A DNA stretch of 64,000 nt, from positions 204,554-268,553 of the forward strand of contig CAYSSX010000003.1 in NCBI GenBank assembly GCA_964434115.1. Reading direction: 5' to 3'. The notes beneath the pieces were generated by a model. It ran no database searches and had not been told where the DNA came from. It worked only from the letters and a program-made list of their open reading frames with translations. This DNA is from an uncultured bacterium. GTDB lineage: Bacteria > Omnitrophota > Omnitrophia > Omnitrophales > Aquincolibacteriaceae. Both the position numbers and the translations under genes were made by a program. Each line of letters opens with the position of its first letter. Positions within the stretch are counted from its first letter, which is position 1. Shown here piece after piece: positions 55,251-64,000 of this stretch.

Positions 55251-56385
55251 ATGCGCGAACAAATCGTCCAGCTTGAAAAAAAGGTTTCAGATCTCCTGGG
55301 AAAACTACGGGAGATAAGGGGGTATCTTTGACCTCGATACCCGCGAAAAAGAAATCCTCGATCTGAACCACAAAATGTCCCTTCCGAGTTTTTGGGACCG
55401 GCCTCAGGAAGCTCAGCAAACGGTAGAACGTTTGAAAGTTGTCAAAAAGCTTGTTGATCCCTGGCAGGCGGCTTACCGTTCCGCCAACGATGTCCATGAG
55501 CTTCTGGGATTGCTTGATGAGAATCAGGAAGACTCCCTGAAGGAAATGCAGACGGAAGTCCTCAAGCTGGAACGCGATGTCGATCAGCTTGAATTTCAGA
55601 GGCTCCTTGCGGATCCCCTGGACAGCCACAACGCGATTTTGAGCATTAATGCGGGGGCCGGAGGGACCGAATCCTGCGATTGGGCGGAAATGCTGCTCCG
55701 CATGTATCTGAGATGGGCTGAACAGCATGATTTTACAGTTCAAACCATTGACTATCTCCAGGGGGAAGAAGCCGGCGTTAAAAGTGTGACCCTGCTGGTT
55801 CAAGGCCCTTACGCCTACGGGCATTTAAAAGCCGAAGCCGGGGTTCACAGGCTGGTGCGGATTTCACCCTTTGACGCCAACAAACGCCGCCACACTTCCT
55901 TTGCTTCGGCCGATGTGATCGCGGAAGTGGATGATGTTCCGGAAGTGGAAATTAATGAAACCGAACTCCGGATTGACACCTACCGCGCGGGCGGTGCCGG
56001 AGGCCAGCACGTGAACAAAACATCCAGCGCGGTCCGGTTGACCCATCTTCCGACGGGGATTGTGGTGCAATGTCAAAATGAGCGCTCCCAGCATCAGAAT
56101 AAAGAAGTGGCGATGAAAGTTCTTAAGGCGCGCCTTTATGAAGTTTACCGCCGTCAGCGCGAAGAAGAGATGAGGAATTTTTACGGGGAAAAGAAAGACA
56201 TCGGGTTTGGGTCCCAAATCCGTTCTTATGTTTTTCACCCGTATACGCTCGTAAAAGACCACCGGACACTTGTTGAAACCTCAAACGGCCAAGCCGTCAT
56301 GGATGGCGATCTTGACGAATTTATCCAGGCCTATCTAAAGAAATCCGTGAAGCAAAAATCCGCTTCCGGGGATAAAGACAAATAA
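55251..56385 (+). CDS. prfB: peptide chain release factor 2, made with a programmed +1 ribosomal frameshift (frame 0 is 55251–55328, then +1 is 55330–56385)
   Basis: The 25-codon leader ends '...AGGGGG TAT CTT TGA C', identical to the E. coli prfB shift site. The downstream frame encodes 'SPF' and the GGQ motif '[13 protein letters not shown]'. Confidence 0.9.
55317..55332 (+). promoter_or_regulatory. prfB +1 frameshift cassette: internal SD-like AGGGGG, slippery CUU and in-frame UGA followed by C
   Basis: AGGGGGTATCTTTGAC read directly. The leader ORF (track 55056–55331) stops at this TGA, and the RF2 body continues in the +1 frame. Confidence 0.9.
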
Positions 56386-56427
56386 AAACACAGCCAGGGT
56401 GGAAGGCTTGACACCTTCCAGAAAAAG

Positions 56428-59115
56428 ATGATCAAAAACTTTCTTGAGAAAATGTTCGGCACGCAGAACACCCGCACGCTTAAATTGCTTTGGCCGGTGG
56501 TTGAGAAAATCAATTCGTTTGAACCCGCCCTGCAGGCTCTTTCCGACGCCGAACTCCGTGCAAAAACAGACGAGTTCAAGACCCGTCTTGCCGCGGGACA
56601 GACCCTGGATGACATTCTTCCTGAAGCCTATGCCGCAGTGCGTGAAGCTTCACGGCGAACGAACAAGATGCGGCATTTTGATGTCCAGCTTCTTGGCGGA
56701 CTTGCACTCCATAAAGGGAAAATCGCGGAAATGTCGACCGGTGAAGGTAAGACCTTGGTTGCGACCCTGCCGGTATACCTGAACGCCTTGACCGGCAAAG
56801 GGGTTCATTTGATTACCGTGAATGATTACCTCGCCCGCCGCGACCGCGACTGGATGGGGCCCATTTATGAATTTCTCGGACTCACGGTGGGAGTGATTCA
56901 GCACGACATGCCCAATGATCTGCGCCGCGCGGCCTACGCCAGTGATATCACTTATGGAACGAACAACGAATTCGGTTTTGATTATCTCCGCGACAATATG
57001 GTGACTTCCCTTGATCAGCGCGTACAGCGCAAACTGCATTTTGCGATTGTTGACGAAGTAGACTCCATTCTCATTGACGAAGCCCGCACTCCGCTCATCA
57101 TTTCAGGCCCCGCGGAAGAATCCACGGACAAATACTTCAAGGCGCGGAAGGCCTCGCTTCAGCTCAAAGGGTACCGGATTGAAAAAGAACAGGTGGACCA
57201 GGCCTGGAAGGATCAGCTGGAGAACATCAAGCGCGAACACGACTACATCGCGTACGAGAAATCGAAGACTATTTCCCTGACCGAATCCGGAGAAATGAAG
57301 GGCGCCCGGGCCATGGGAGTCGAAAACCTTCACGATTCCTCGACGATTGATGACCGGCATCAGCTGATGACCGCGCTGCGGGCCAAAGAGTTTTTCCGCC
57401 TTGATGTGGAATATGTCATCAATGACGGCAAAATCATTATTGTGGATGAATTCACCGGACGGCTGATGCCGGGCCGCCGGTTTTCCGACGGCCTCCACCA
57501 GGCTCTTGAAGCCAAGGAAGGCGTCCGGATCGAACGTGAAAACCAGACCCTGGCGACCATTACTTTTCAGAATTATTTTCGCATGTACGAAAAACTTGGC
57601 GGCATGACCGGAACGGCCGCGACCGAGGCGGTTGAGTTCGATAAAATCTACAAGCTGGATGTGGTGGTGATTCCGCCGAACCGTCCCTGCATCCGCAAAG
57701 ACACTAACGACTGCATCTACCGTACGGAACGCGAAAAGTTTGATGCGGTCGTAACTGAGATCCTGGAAGAGCATAAAAAGGGCCGTCCGGTTCTGGTGGG
57801 AACGATTTCGATTGAGAAGTCCGAGCACCTCAGCCGCCAGCTTCAGCGCGTGAACCTTCCGCATACGGTTCTTAACGCCAAGTACCATGAACGCGAAGCC
57901 GAAATCGTGGCGCGCGCGGGGCAGTATGCTGTCGTGACCATCGCCACGAATATGGCAGGCCGCGGAACAGACATTGTTTTGGGAGAGGGCGTGAAAGAAA
58001 TCGGCGGTCTTGCCGTCATCGGCACAGAACGCCATGAATCCCGCCGCATTGATAATCAGCTCCGCGGGCGATGCGGCCGCCAAGGCGACCCCGGCTCCTC
58101 GAAATTTTTCATTTCCCTTGAAGATGACCTCATGCGCATTTTTGGCTCTGACCGCATTTCCACACTCATGCAGAAAATGGGCATGGAAGAGGGGGAAGAG
58201 ATCCAGCATCCGATGGTGAACCGCGCGATTGAAACCGCGCAAAAGCGGGTTGAAGACCGCAATTTTGAAATCCGCAAGCACCTTCTTGAATACGATGATG
58301 TGATGAACCGTCAGCGGGAACTCATTTATGCTGAACGCGACCGCGCTTTGAACCGCGACAAACTCAAAGAGCACCTGTTTGAGTTTACGGAAGATGTTCT
58401 TGAAGAAATGCTGAGCCGGTTTGTTCACCCTGACATGAAGGATGAAGATAAGAATCCGGAAGGGCTTATCGATGCCTTGCGTGAGAAGTTCGGAATTGAG
58501 GCCAAGGCCCTTATCGAAGAATGCAAGAACGATATTGATTGGCTGCGTGATGACCTGCTTAAAAAAATCCACGAGCAGTACGAGGCCCGTGAAAAAGATT
58601 TTGGTCCTGACCGGATGCGCTTTTTGGAATCCTACATCCTGCTTCAGATGATTGATGCCAAATGGAAAGAGCACCTGCATAGTCTCGATGATTTAAAAGA
58701 GGGGATTGGGCTCCGCGCCTATGGGCAGCGTGACCCTAAAATTGAATACAAGCGCGAGGCCTTTGCCCTTTTTCAGGATATGGTGGATTTGATTAAGCAG
58801 GAAGCCGTTGAGTTCCTGTTCCGGGTGCAGGCTGTTAAGGAAGAGAAAATGGTCAGCGCGATGCCGCTTTCTCAGGCCACCTACCTGCATCCCGAATCCG
58901 AAGGGCTTGCGGCTTCCGGAGAAATGCCAGGCCCCGCTAAATCATCGGGGGCCTCAAGCGGCCCCGGTTCTCTTTTTTCCGGTAAAAATGCACCTCCGGC
59001 AGCGTCAGAACCTCAGGTTTCGCATTCCTCGGAGCCCCGGGCCGGCCGCAACGACCCGTGTCCCTGCGGCAGCGGCAAAAAATACAAAAAATGCTGCGGC
59101 CCTCAGGAGTCTTGA
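56428..59115 (+). CDS. secA: preprotein translocase ATPase SecA
   Basis: 'GKIAEMSTGEGKTLVATLP' (Walker A), 'DEVDSILIDEARTPLIISG' (Walker B) and the C-terminal zinc finger 'CPCGSGKKYKKCCG'. Confidence 0.95.
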   Translation: MIKNFLEKMFGTQNTRTLKLLWPVVEKINSFEPALQALSDAELRAKTDEFKTRLAAGQTLDDILPEAYAAVREASRRTNKMRHFDVQLLGGLALHKGKIAEMSTGEGKTLVATLPVYLNALTGKGVHLITVNDYLARRDRDWMGPIYEFLGLTVGVIQHDMPNDLRRAAYASDITYGTNNEFGFDYLRDNMVTSLDQRVQRKLHFAIVDEVDSILIDEARTPLIISGPAEESTDKYFKARKASLQLKGYRIEKEQVDQAWKDQLENIKREHDYIAYEKSKTISLTESGEMKGARAMGVENLHDSSTIDDRHQLMTALRAKEFFRLDVEYVINDGKIIIVDEFTGRLMPGRRFSDGLHQALEAKEGVRIERENQTLATITFQNYFRMYEKLGGMTGTAATEAVEFDKIYKLDVVVIPPNRPCIRKDTNDCIYRTEREKFDAVVTEILEEHKKGRPVLVGTISIEKSEHLSRQLQRVNLPHTVLNAKYHEREAEIVARAGQYAVVTIATNMAGRGTDIVLGEGVKEIGGLAVIGTERHESRRIDNQLRGRCGRQGDPGSSKFFISLEDDLMRIFGSDRISTLMQKMGMEEGEEIQHPMVNRAIETAQKRVEDRNFEIRKHLLEYDDVMNRQRELIYAERDRALNRDKLKEHLFEFTEDVLEEMLSRFVHPDMKDEDKNPEGLIDALREKFGIEAKALIEECKNDIDWLRDDLLKKIHEQYEAREKDFGPDRMRFLESYILLQMIDAKWKEHLHSLDDLKEGIGLRAYGQRDPKIEYKREAFALFQDMVDLIKQEAVEFLFRVQAVKEEKMVSAMPLSQATYLHPESEGLAASGEMPGPAKSSGASSGPGSLFSGKNAPPAASEPQVSHSSEPRAGRNDPCPCGSGKKYKKCCGPQES

Positions 59116-59128
59116 TCAGGGCCTTCTT

Positions 59129-60685
59129 ATGACAGCCTCGCGGCGGAACCTTTTGCTTTGCTGGCTGAGCGGTGTTCTTCTCGCCGCGTCGTACCCCCGC
59201 ATTTCTTTGGGATGTCTTGCCTGGGCAGCCCTTGTTCCCATGCTGGCCGGCCTTAGCCGGGCTGAAAGCCGCCGCGAAGCTATGTTTTTTACCGCAAGCG
59301 GCGCCTCTGTTTTTTTTCTCATCTCGCTGTCCTGGCTTCGTTTCGTAACTTTTTTCGGCTGGCTTTTTGTGGCCGCGCTGGAATCCTCCTTTTTTTTAAT
59401 CCTTGGCTTCCTTCTCTTTGAATGCTTGAAACTGCGGTCCCTTCCCGGAAGAGTTTTGGGAGTCGCTGTTTCCTGGATGATGGTGGAGATCCTGCGCTCC
59501 GAGTTCCCGGTCTTCGGACTTGGCTGGAATCAGCTGGCCTATTCACAGTCAGCCTCTCTGCCGTTTCTTCAGTTTGCAAGCATTGGCGGGGCTTATGGAC
59601 TTGGTTTTGTGATGGCGCTTGTGAACGCGCTTCTCTTTGAAGCCCTGCACATTCTTAAGGAAAAAGACAGCTCTCTCGGGTTTCCTATCCTGGACAAAAT
59701 ACGAAAAGCGGTACTGCCCGCGCTTGCGGCGGTTGTTTTGATTGCCGGTTTATGGGGCTATGGAAAGACTCAGCTTAAACCCGAAGAGGAAAAATCAGCC
59801 GACAGTATCCGGGTTTCGGTTATTCAAGGCAACATTCCCCAGTCCCTCAAGTGGGAAGCCTTAGCCCGGGACAAAATTCTTCAAATTTACTTTAAGATGA
59901 CAGAGTTGGCTTCTTACGATGAGCCCCATTTAATCGTCTGGCCGGAAGCCGCTTTTCCTGGTTTTTTTAATCTGGATGGACAGGCGGCCCAGCTCGAGAC
60001 TTTGATTCGAACGATTCAAACCCCGGTGATTGTCGGTGCGCCGCATTTTGAATCCCAGGTGCGTGTTTTTAACAGCGCTTATTTTTTGGGAGCGGACGGC
60101 GAGGTCAAAGGCCGTTATGACAAGCTGAAGCTGGTACCCTTTGGCGAGTATGTTCCGCTGGGTTTTTTGCTGGCCTGGCTGCAGCCTGTTGCCGAGGCTC
60201 TTGGTGTAAGCGATTTTACCGCGGGAAAAGAACTGGTTGTTTTTGAACTGGAGAAGCCCCGCATTCCTTTTTCTGTTTTGATTTGCTTTGAAGACGTTTT
60301 TCCCCGTCTTGCGCGGCGTTTTGCCGAAAAGGGAGCGCGGTTCCTGACCGTGATCACAAACGATGCCTGGTTTGGAGACAGCGGGGCGCCGTATCAGCAT
60401 CTTCAAGCCTCCATTTTTCGCGCCCTTGAAACCGGCCTGCCGGTGGTGAGGGCTGCCAACACGGGAGTTTCTGCCGTTATTTCGAGCCGGGGCGAAGTGC
60501 TGGGACAAGTCGAAAAAGATGGAAAAGCGACCTTTAAGACAGGGTTTAAAACGATTTCCGTGCCTTTGGATGACCACATAACGATTTACCGGCAAGGCGG
60601 GTGGGTGGTGCCTTATACCGCGGCCCTGCTGGGAACGATCTTTTTTTTCATCCGCCGGTTGCGTGAAGGGCGGAAAGCCGATTAG
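59129..60685 (+). CDS. lnt: apolipoprotein N-acyltransferase
   Basis: An N-terminal polytopic domain and a CN-hydrolase domain with 'VWPEAAFPG', 'KLKLVPFGEYVP' and 'ICFEDVFP' (E-K-C triad context). The ATG lies 13 nt after the secA stop, so the track's upstream extension overlaps secA. Confidence 0.85.
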   Translation: MTASRRNLLLCWLSGVLLAASYPRISLGCLAWAALVPMLAGLSRAESRREAMFFTASGASVFFLISLSWLRFVTFFGWLFVAALESSFFLILGFLLFECLKLRSLPGRVLGVAVSWMMVEILRSEFPVFGLGWNQLAYSQSASLPFLQFASIGGAYGLGFVMALVNALLFEALHILKEKDSSLGFPILDKIRKAVLPALAAVVLIAGLWGYGKTQLKPEEEKSADSIRVSVIQGNIPQSLKWEALARDKILQIYFKMTELASYDEPHLIVWPEAAFPGFFNLDGQAAQLETLIRTIQTPVIVGAPHFESQVRVFNSAYFLGADGEVKGRYDKLKLVPFGEYVPLGFLLAWLQPVAEALGVSDFTAGKELVVFELEKPRIPFSVLICFEDVFPRLARRFAEKGARFLTVITNDAWFGDSGAPYQHLQASIFRALETGLPVVRAANTGVSAVISSRGEVLGQVEKDGKATFKTGFKTISVPLDDHITIYRQGGWVVPYTAALLGTIFFFIRRLREGRKAD

Positions 60686-60707
60686 GCTTTCGGAAGGAGC
60701 AGGCCTT

Positions 60708-60914
60708 ATGGAAGTGATCAAATACCTTTCAAGACAGTCCGTAAAAATTGTTTTTATCTTTTTGCTTCCTGCGCTTTTTTCGGGATGCCTAAGGCTTCAG
60801 GCCGGCACCTGGCAGCAAGGACCGGGGGATGAAGCGCCCAAAGTTCATCAAGTGACTCTGGACACTCAGCAGCTTGTCCAGGGCCGGCAGGCGCCGGGGG
60901 ATATCACGGTTTGA
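60708..60914 (+). CDS. small lipoprotein, 68 aa
   Basis: GGAAGGAG SD. The lipobox is 'LPALFSGC'. Confidence 0.4.
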   Translation: MEVIKYLSRQSVKIVFIFLLPALFSGCLRLQAGTWQQGPGDEAPKVHQVTLDTQQLVQGRQAPGDITV

Positions 60915-60927
60915 AAAAGAGGAGCCT

Positions 60928-62040
60928 ATGATTAAGGGTTTTGCCACACACGAAGGGACCGCTGCTTACCGTGACCGTTTTTCTGGAAAACGGGATGCCG
61001 GGCATTTCCGTCTTTCTCAGGGACTCTATTTTTCGTCGATTGGTATTGGGAGTTACCTCGGCGGTTTAGATGACCCTTCGGACTCTCTGTACGAAGAGGC
61101 CCTCCGGACCGCTGTTCTTTCAGGTGTTAACGTGATTGATTCCGCTGTTAACTACCGTGCGCAAAGAAGCGAGCGGGCGTTTGGACGCGCTCTGCAAGGG
61201 CTGCTCGGCGGGGGAAGCGTGAAGCGCGAAGAGCTGATTGTCTGCACGAAGGGCGGGTTTATTCCGTTTGATTCGCAGTATCCCCAAGACGCGGGCGCGT
61301 ATTTCCGCGAAACTTATCTGAAACCAGGACTGCTTAAAGCCGAAGACATTGCGCAGGGGTGTCATGCCATGTCGCCGGTTTTTCTTGAAGACCAGCTCGC
61401 AAAGAGTTTGAAAAATCTCGGACTCGAAACTTTGGATATTTATTACCTGCACAATCCCGAGACTCAGCTGGCCGATATAGAACCCGCGGTTTTCCGTGAA
61501 AGACTGAAAGCCGCCTTTGCCTGGATGGAAGAAAAAGTTAAAGAAGGAAAAATACAGATGTACGGAACCGCGACCTGGAATGGTTACCGGCTCAGGCAGG
61601 ATCAGCCCGATTATCTTTCCCTTGAAGACCTTCACCTTTTGGCGCGGGAAGCCGGAGGGAACGCTCATCATTTCAAAGCCGTCCAGCTCCCTTTCAATCT
61701 TGCGATGCCTGAAGCCTGGGTTTTCCCGAATCAGCGTTTTGGTGCCGGCACGGTACCCTTTCTCCAGCTGGCTTCACGCCTGGGGCTTTCGGTGATGGCC
61801 AGCGCATCGCTTCTTCAGGGAAAACTTACGGGCCCGCTTCCCGATTTTATGGGGCGTTTCACGAAGGGACTAGAGCATTCCTCCCAGAAAGCCTTGCAGT
61901 TTACGCGTTCAGTTCCCGGCGTGACCACGGCCTTGACCGGGATGAAACAGAGAAAACATGTTGAAGAGAATCTGAAAACAGCGGAAGTCGCGCCGCTGAC
62001 GGAAGAAGAGTTAATCCTTATGTTTCAGCGGAACGGATAA
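60928..62040 (+). CDS. aldo/keto reductase family oxidoreductase
   Basis: 'VNVIDSAVNYRAQRSERAFG', 'VCTKGG' and 'LDIYYLHNPE' match the AKR (alpha/beta)8-barrel motifs. Confidence 0.8.
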   Translation: MIKGFATHEGTAAYRDRFSGKRDAGHFRLSQGLYFSSIGIGSYLGGLDDPSDSLYEEALRTAVLSGVNVIDSAVNYRAQRSERAFGRALQGLLGGGSVKREELIVCTKGGFIPFDSQYPQDAGAYFRETYLKPGLLKAEDIAQGCHAMSPVFLEDQLAKSLKNLGLETLDIYYLHNPETQLADIEPAVFRERLKAAFAWMEEKVKEGKIQMYGTATWNGYRLRQDQPDYLSLEDLHLLAREAGGNAHHFKAVQLPFNLAMPEAWVFPNQRFGAGTVPFLQLASRLGLSVMASASLLQGKLTGPLPDFMGRFTKGLEHSSQKALQFTRSVPGVTTALTGMKQRKHVEENLKTAEVAPLTEEELILMFQRNG

Positions 62041-62072
62041 ATTCCTCAGCATTATCAGAAGGAGAATGTTTT

Positions 62073-64000
62073 ATGGCGTCTCCCGCAAGAGAAGCTCGGA
62101 TTCAGGAGCTGGGCCGTTCCATCCTCGTGACGGCGCGTGATGAGGAAAAGAAAAAAGAAGCCCATCACAAATGGGAGATGGCCCTTCTTGAGTGGTGCAT
62201 GGAGCATGAAGAGCTCCGGAACAGGGCCTTCCGTTTCATCGATGTTTTTCCCGCACTTAAAACCCCGCAGTCTGTTTTTCAGCATATTCAGGAATATTTT
62301 CCAAGGGCGGAGCACCGCCTCCCGCCTGCGCTTCGTGCCGGGCTCGCGCTGACCCGCCCGTCCTTTTTAACCCGTCCATTGCTGAACCGGGTGACGCGTG
62401 AACTTTACCTGCGCATGGCCCGTCTGTTCATTGGTGCCCGGAATGAAACGGAAGCGCTTGAAAAGTTCCGGCTTTATGCCCGCGAAAACCTGCGGCTTTC
62501 CATCGATTTGCTTGGGGAAAAAACCACGCATGAAGCGGAGGCTGATGCCTACGAGGCCCGCTACCGTGAACTCATTACCGCCCTTGGAAAGGAAAAGAAA
62601 GGCCGTGATTTTCAAAATATTTCCGTGAAACTTTCCGCGCTGGAACCGCAGTTTTACCCCTTAGCCCGCGAAAAGGTCATTCGCCGCACGGGGGAACGGC
62701 TGAAGCGGCTTTTGCGGCTTGCCAAAGAGAACGATGTTTTTGTCCATGTGGATATGGAGGATTTCGAAACCCGCGATCTGACTTTGGATGTTGTGGACTC
62801 CGTGCTTCTTGATGAGGAGTTTCGTTCCGGCCTTTCGGTGGGGGTGGTTCTACAGGCGTATTTGCGCGATGCTTCCGAATGCTGTGACCGCATGCTCGCT
62901 TTGTCCCGGCTTCTTTCAACGCCTTTGACGATCCGACTGGTGCGGGGCGCTTATTGGGATAGCGAGATCATGAAATCCCGGGAGCTTCACTGGCCGATTC
63001 CGGTTTGGACCTCGAAGCAAGAAACCGATGCGACTTTTGAATACCTGCTTGAAAAAATAATGAGCGAAGTGCCGCATGTCCGCCTTGCAGTTGCGACGCA
63101 CAATGTCCGTTCGCTGGCCGCCGCATGGGCCCTCGCGGAAGAGAAAAAAATCCCGTCCAGCCATTTTGAGTTTCAATGCCTTTATGGTATGGGAGAGCCT
63201 TTTATTCCCGCCCTTAAACCTTCAGGGTATCCGCTGCGCTTTTATATGCCGATAGGCGATCCCGTGATCGGCATGGCTTATCTGGTGCGGCGTCTTTTAG
63301 AGAACGTTTCGTCCCAGTCTTTTGTCCGCCGGGGGTTCTACCGGCCGGAACAGGCGGACCTGCTTCTTGAACCGCCTGCGGAGCTTAGCGGCGGGAACGA
63401 TCCCGAGGTGCCGGTTCCGCCCGGTTTTAATCCGCTTCCGCCTCTGGCCTTTCATGAAAGATTCGTCCGCCAGGATTTTCAAAAAGCCCTGGAAAAGGTG
63501 CGCCGGGGACTTGGCCAGACTCTTCCCGTCATCGTGGGCGGAAAGGATGAAAAACCCTCCGGCAAAATAGAAACGCTTTCTCCTGTGGATGGGATGACGA
63601 AAGTTGCGGCCTTTCACTGTGCTGGGCGCATTGAGGTTGAGGCGGCGGTGAAAACCGCTGTGCAAAGTGCCGCTGAGTGGAGAAATTTGCCCGTTGAGCA
63701 AAGGGCTGATTGTCTCAGACGGGCTGCGGACCTTATGACGCACCGGCGGTATGAACTTGCGGCTTTGACTGTTTGGGAGGCCGGCAAAACGTGGAGGGAA
63801 GCGGACGCTGAGATTGTGGAAGCTGTCGATTTCCTGCGCTTTTATGCCTATCACGCAGAACTCTTAATGGCGGAAACCACGGCCGAGGATTTGGATCAAG
63901 AGACCAACCGCCTAAGGCCTTGTGCCCGCGGCGTGACGGCGGTGATTTCTCCTTGGAATTTTCCTGTGGCGATTCTGACCGGAATGAGTTCAGCGGCCTT
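62073..64000 (+). CDS. putA: bifunctional proline dehydrogenase / 1-pyrroline-5-carboxylate dehydrogenase (PutA-like), 3'-partial; not in the ORF track because no stop occurs within the window
   Basis: AGAAGGAGA SD 7 nt upstream of the ATG. Translated by hand: the PRODH barrel ('LSIDLLGE', 'RLVRGAYWDSE', 'FQCLYGMGE') is followed by the aldehyde-dehydrogenase start ('VISPWNFPVAIL'). Confidence 0.8.
   Translation, partial: MASPAREARIQELGRSILVTARDEEKKKEAHHKWEMALLEWCMEHEELRNRAFRFIDVFPALKTPQSVFQHIQEYFPRAEHRLPPALRAGLALTRPSFLTRPLLNRVTRELYLRMARLFIGARNETEALEKFRLYARENLRLSIDLLGEKTTHEAEADAYEARYRELITALGKEKKGRDFQNISVKLSALEPQFYPLAREKVIRRTGERLKRLLRLAKENDVFVHVDMEDFETRDLTLDVVDSVLLDEEFRSGLSVGVVLQAYLRDASECCDRMLALSRLLSTPLTIRLVRGAYWDSEIMKSRELHWPIPVWTSKQETDATFEYLLEKIMSEVPHVRLAVATHNVRSLAAAWALAEEKKIPSSHFEFQCLYGMGEPFIPALKPSGYPLRFYMPIGDPVIGMAYLVRRLLENVSSQSFVRRGFYRPEQADLLLEPPAELSGGNDPEVPVPPGFNPLPPLAFHERFVRQDFQKALEKVRRGLGQTLPVIVGGKDEKPSGKIETLSPVDGMTKVAAFHCAGRIEVEAAVKTAVQSAAEWRNLPVEQRADCLRRAADLMTHRRYELAALTVWEAGKTWREADAEIVEAVDFLRFYAYHAELLMAETTAEDLDQETNRLRPCARGVTAVISPWNFPVAILTGMSSAA

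Noticed and set aside
55056-55331. 91-aa ORF listed as a separate gene
   Set aside because: Only its last 25 codons (from the ATG at 55251) are real. They are the prfB frameshift leader, and the upstream part overlaps the end of the UbiD-family gene.
58808-59128. Upstream extension of the lnt ORF overlapping secA by 300 nt
   Set aside because: The extension is Arg/Pro-rich and overlaps the conserved SecA C-terminus in another frame. The ATG at 59129 sits 13 nt after the secA stop and yields a normal-length Lnt.

Overview
This is a 64-kb chromosomal segment at about 55% GC, gene-dense, with nearly all genes on the + strand. It most likely comes from a diderm (Gram-negative-type) bacterium, because it encodes AsmA, a BamD-like TPR protein, LptE, Lnt and a GspA/GspB pair. 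Housekeeping genes I recognise from sequence: xth, slyD-like FKBP, cysD, a cysN–cysC-like fusion, the aceE–aceF–lpdA pyruvate dehydrogenase operon with a divergent lipoate-protein ligase, glpD-like, rlmH, sixA, radC, tRNA-Leu(CAA) directly upstream of leuS, holA, rpsT, murJ, uvrC, msrB, a UbiD-family decarboxylase, prfB carrying the canonical +1 programmed frameshift, secA, lnt, an aldo/keto reductase, and a putA-like gene that runs off the 3' end and is missing from the ORF track. Among these sit less ordinary pieces. There is a receiver-domain/MazG-like islet of small secreted and hypothetical proteins at about 25.9–29.9 kb. There is a TM0106-type Cas4-like/RNase-H-like nuclease. There is a membrane-anchored ankyrin-repeat protein with a long proline-rich spacer. 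There is an EVE–PNPOx-like gene pair coupled by a GTGA overlap. There are two paralogous SGNH hydrolases and a NodB-like deacetylase next to the sulfate-activation genes, whose CysC-like domain has lost its catalytic motifs. There is a cytoplasmic GH35 glycosidase, a GspA/GspB pair next to comEC, and a roughly 1040-aa BamD-like TPR protein with a very long coiled-coil tail in front of lptE–holA. I found no CRISPR array, rRNA, transposase or integrase. All calls rest on motif recognition in the translated ORFs and direct reading of the DNA; I could not run any database search.
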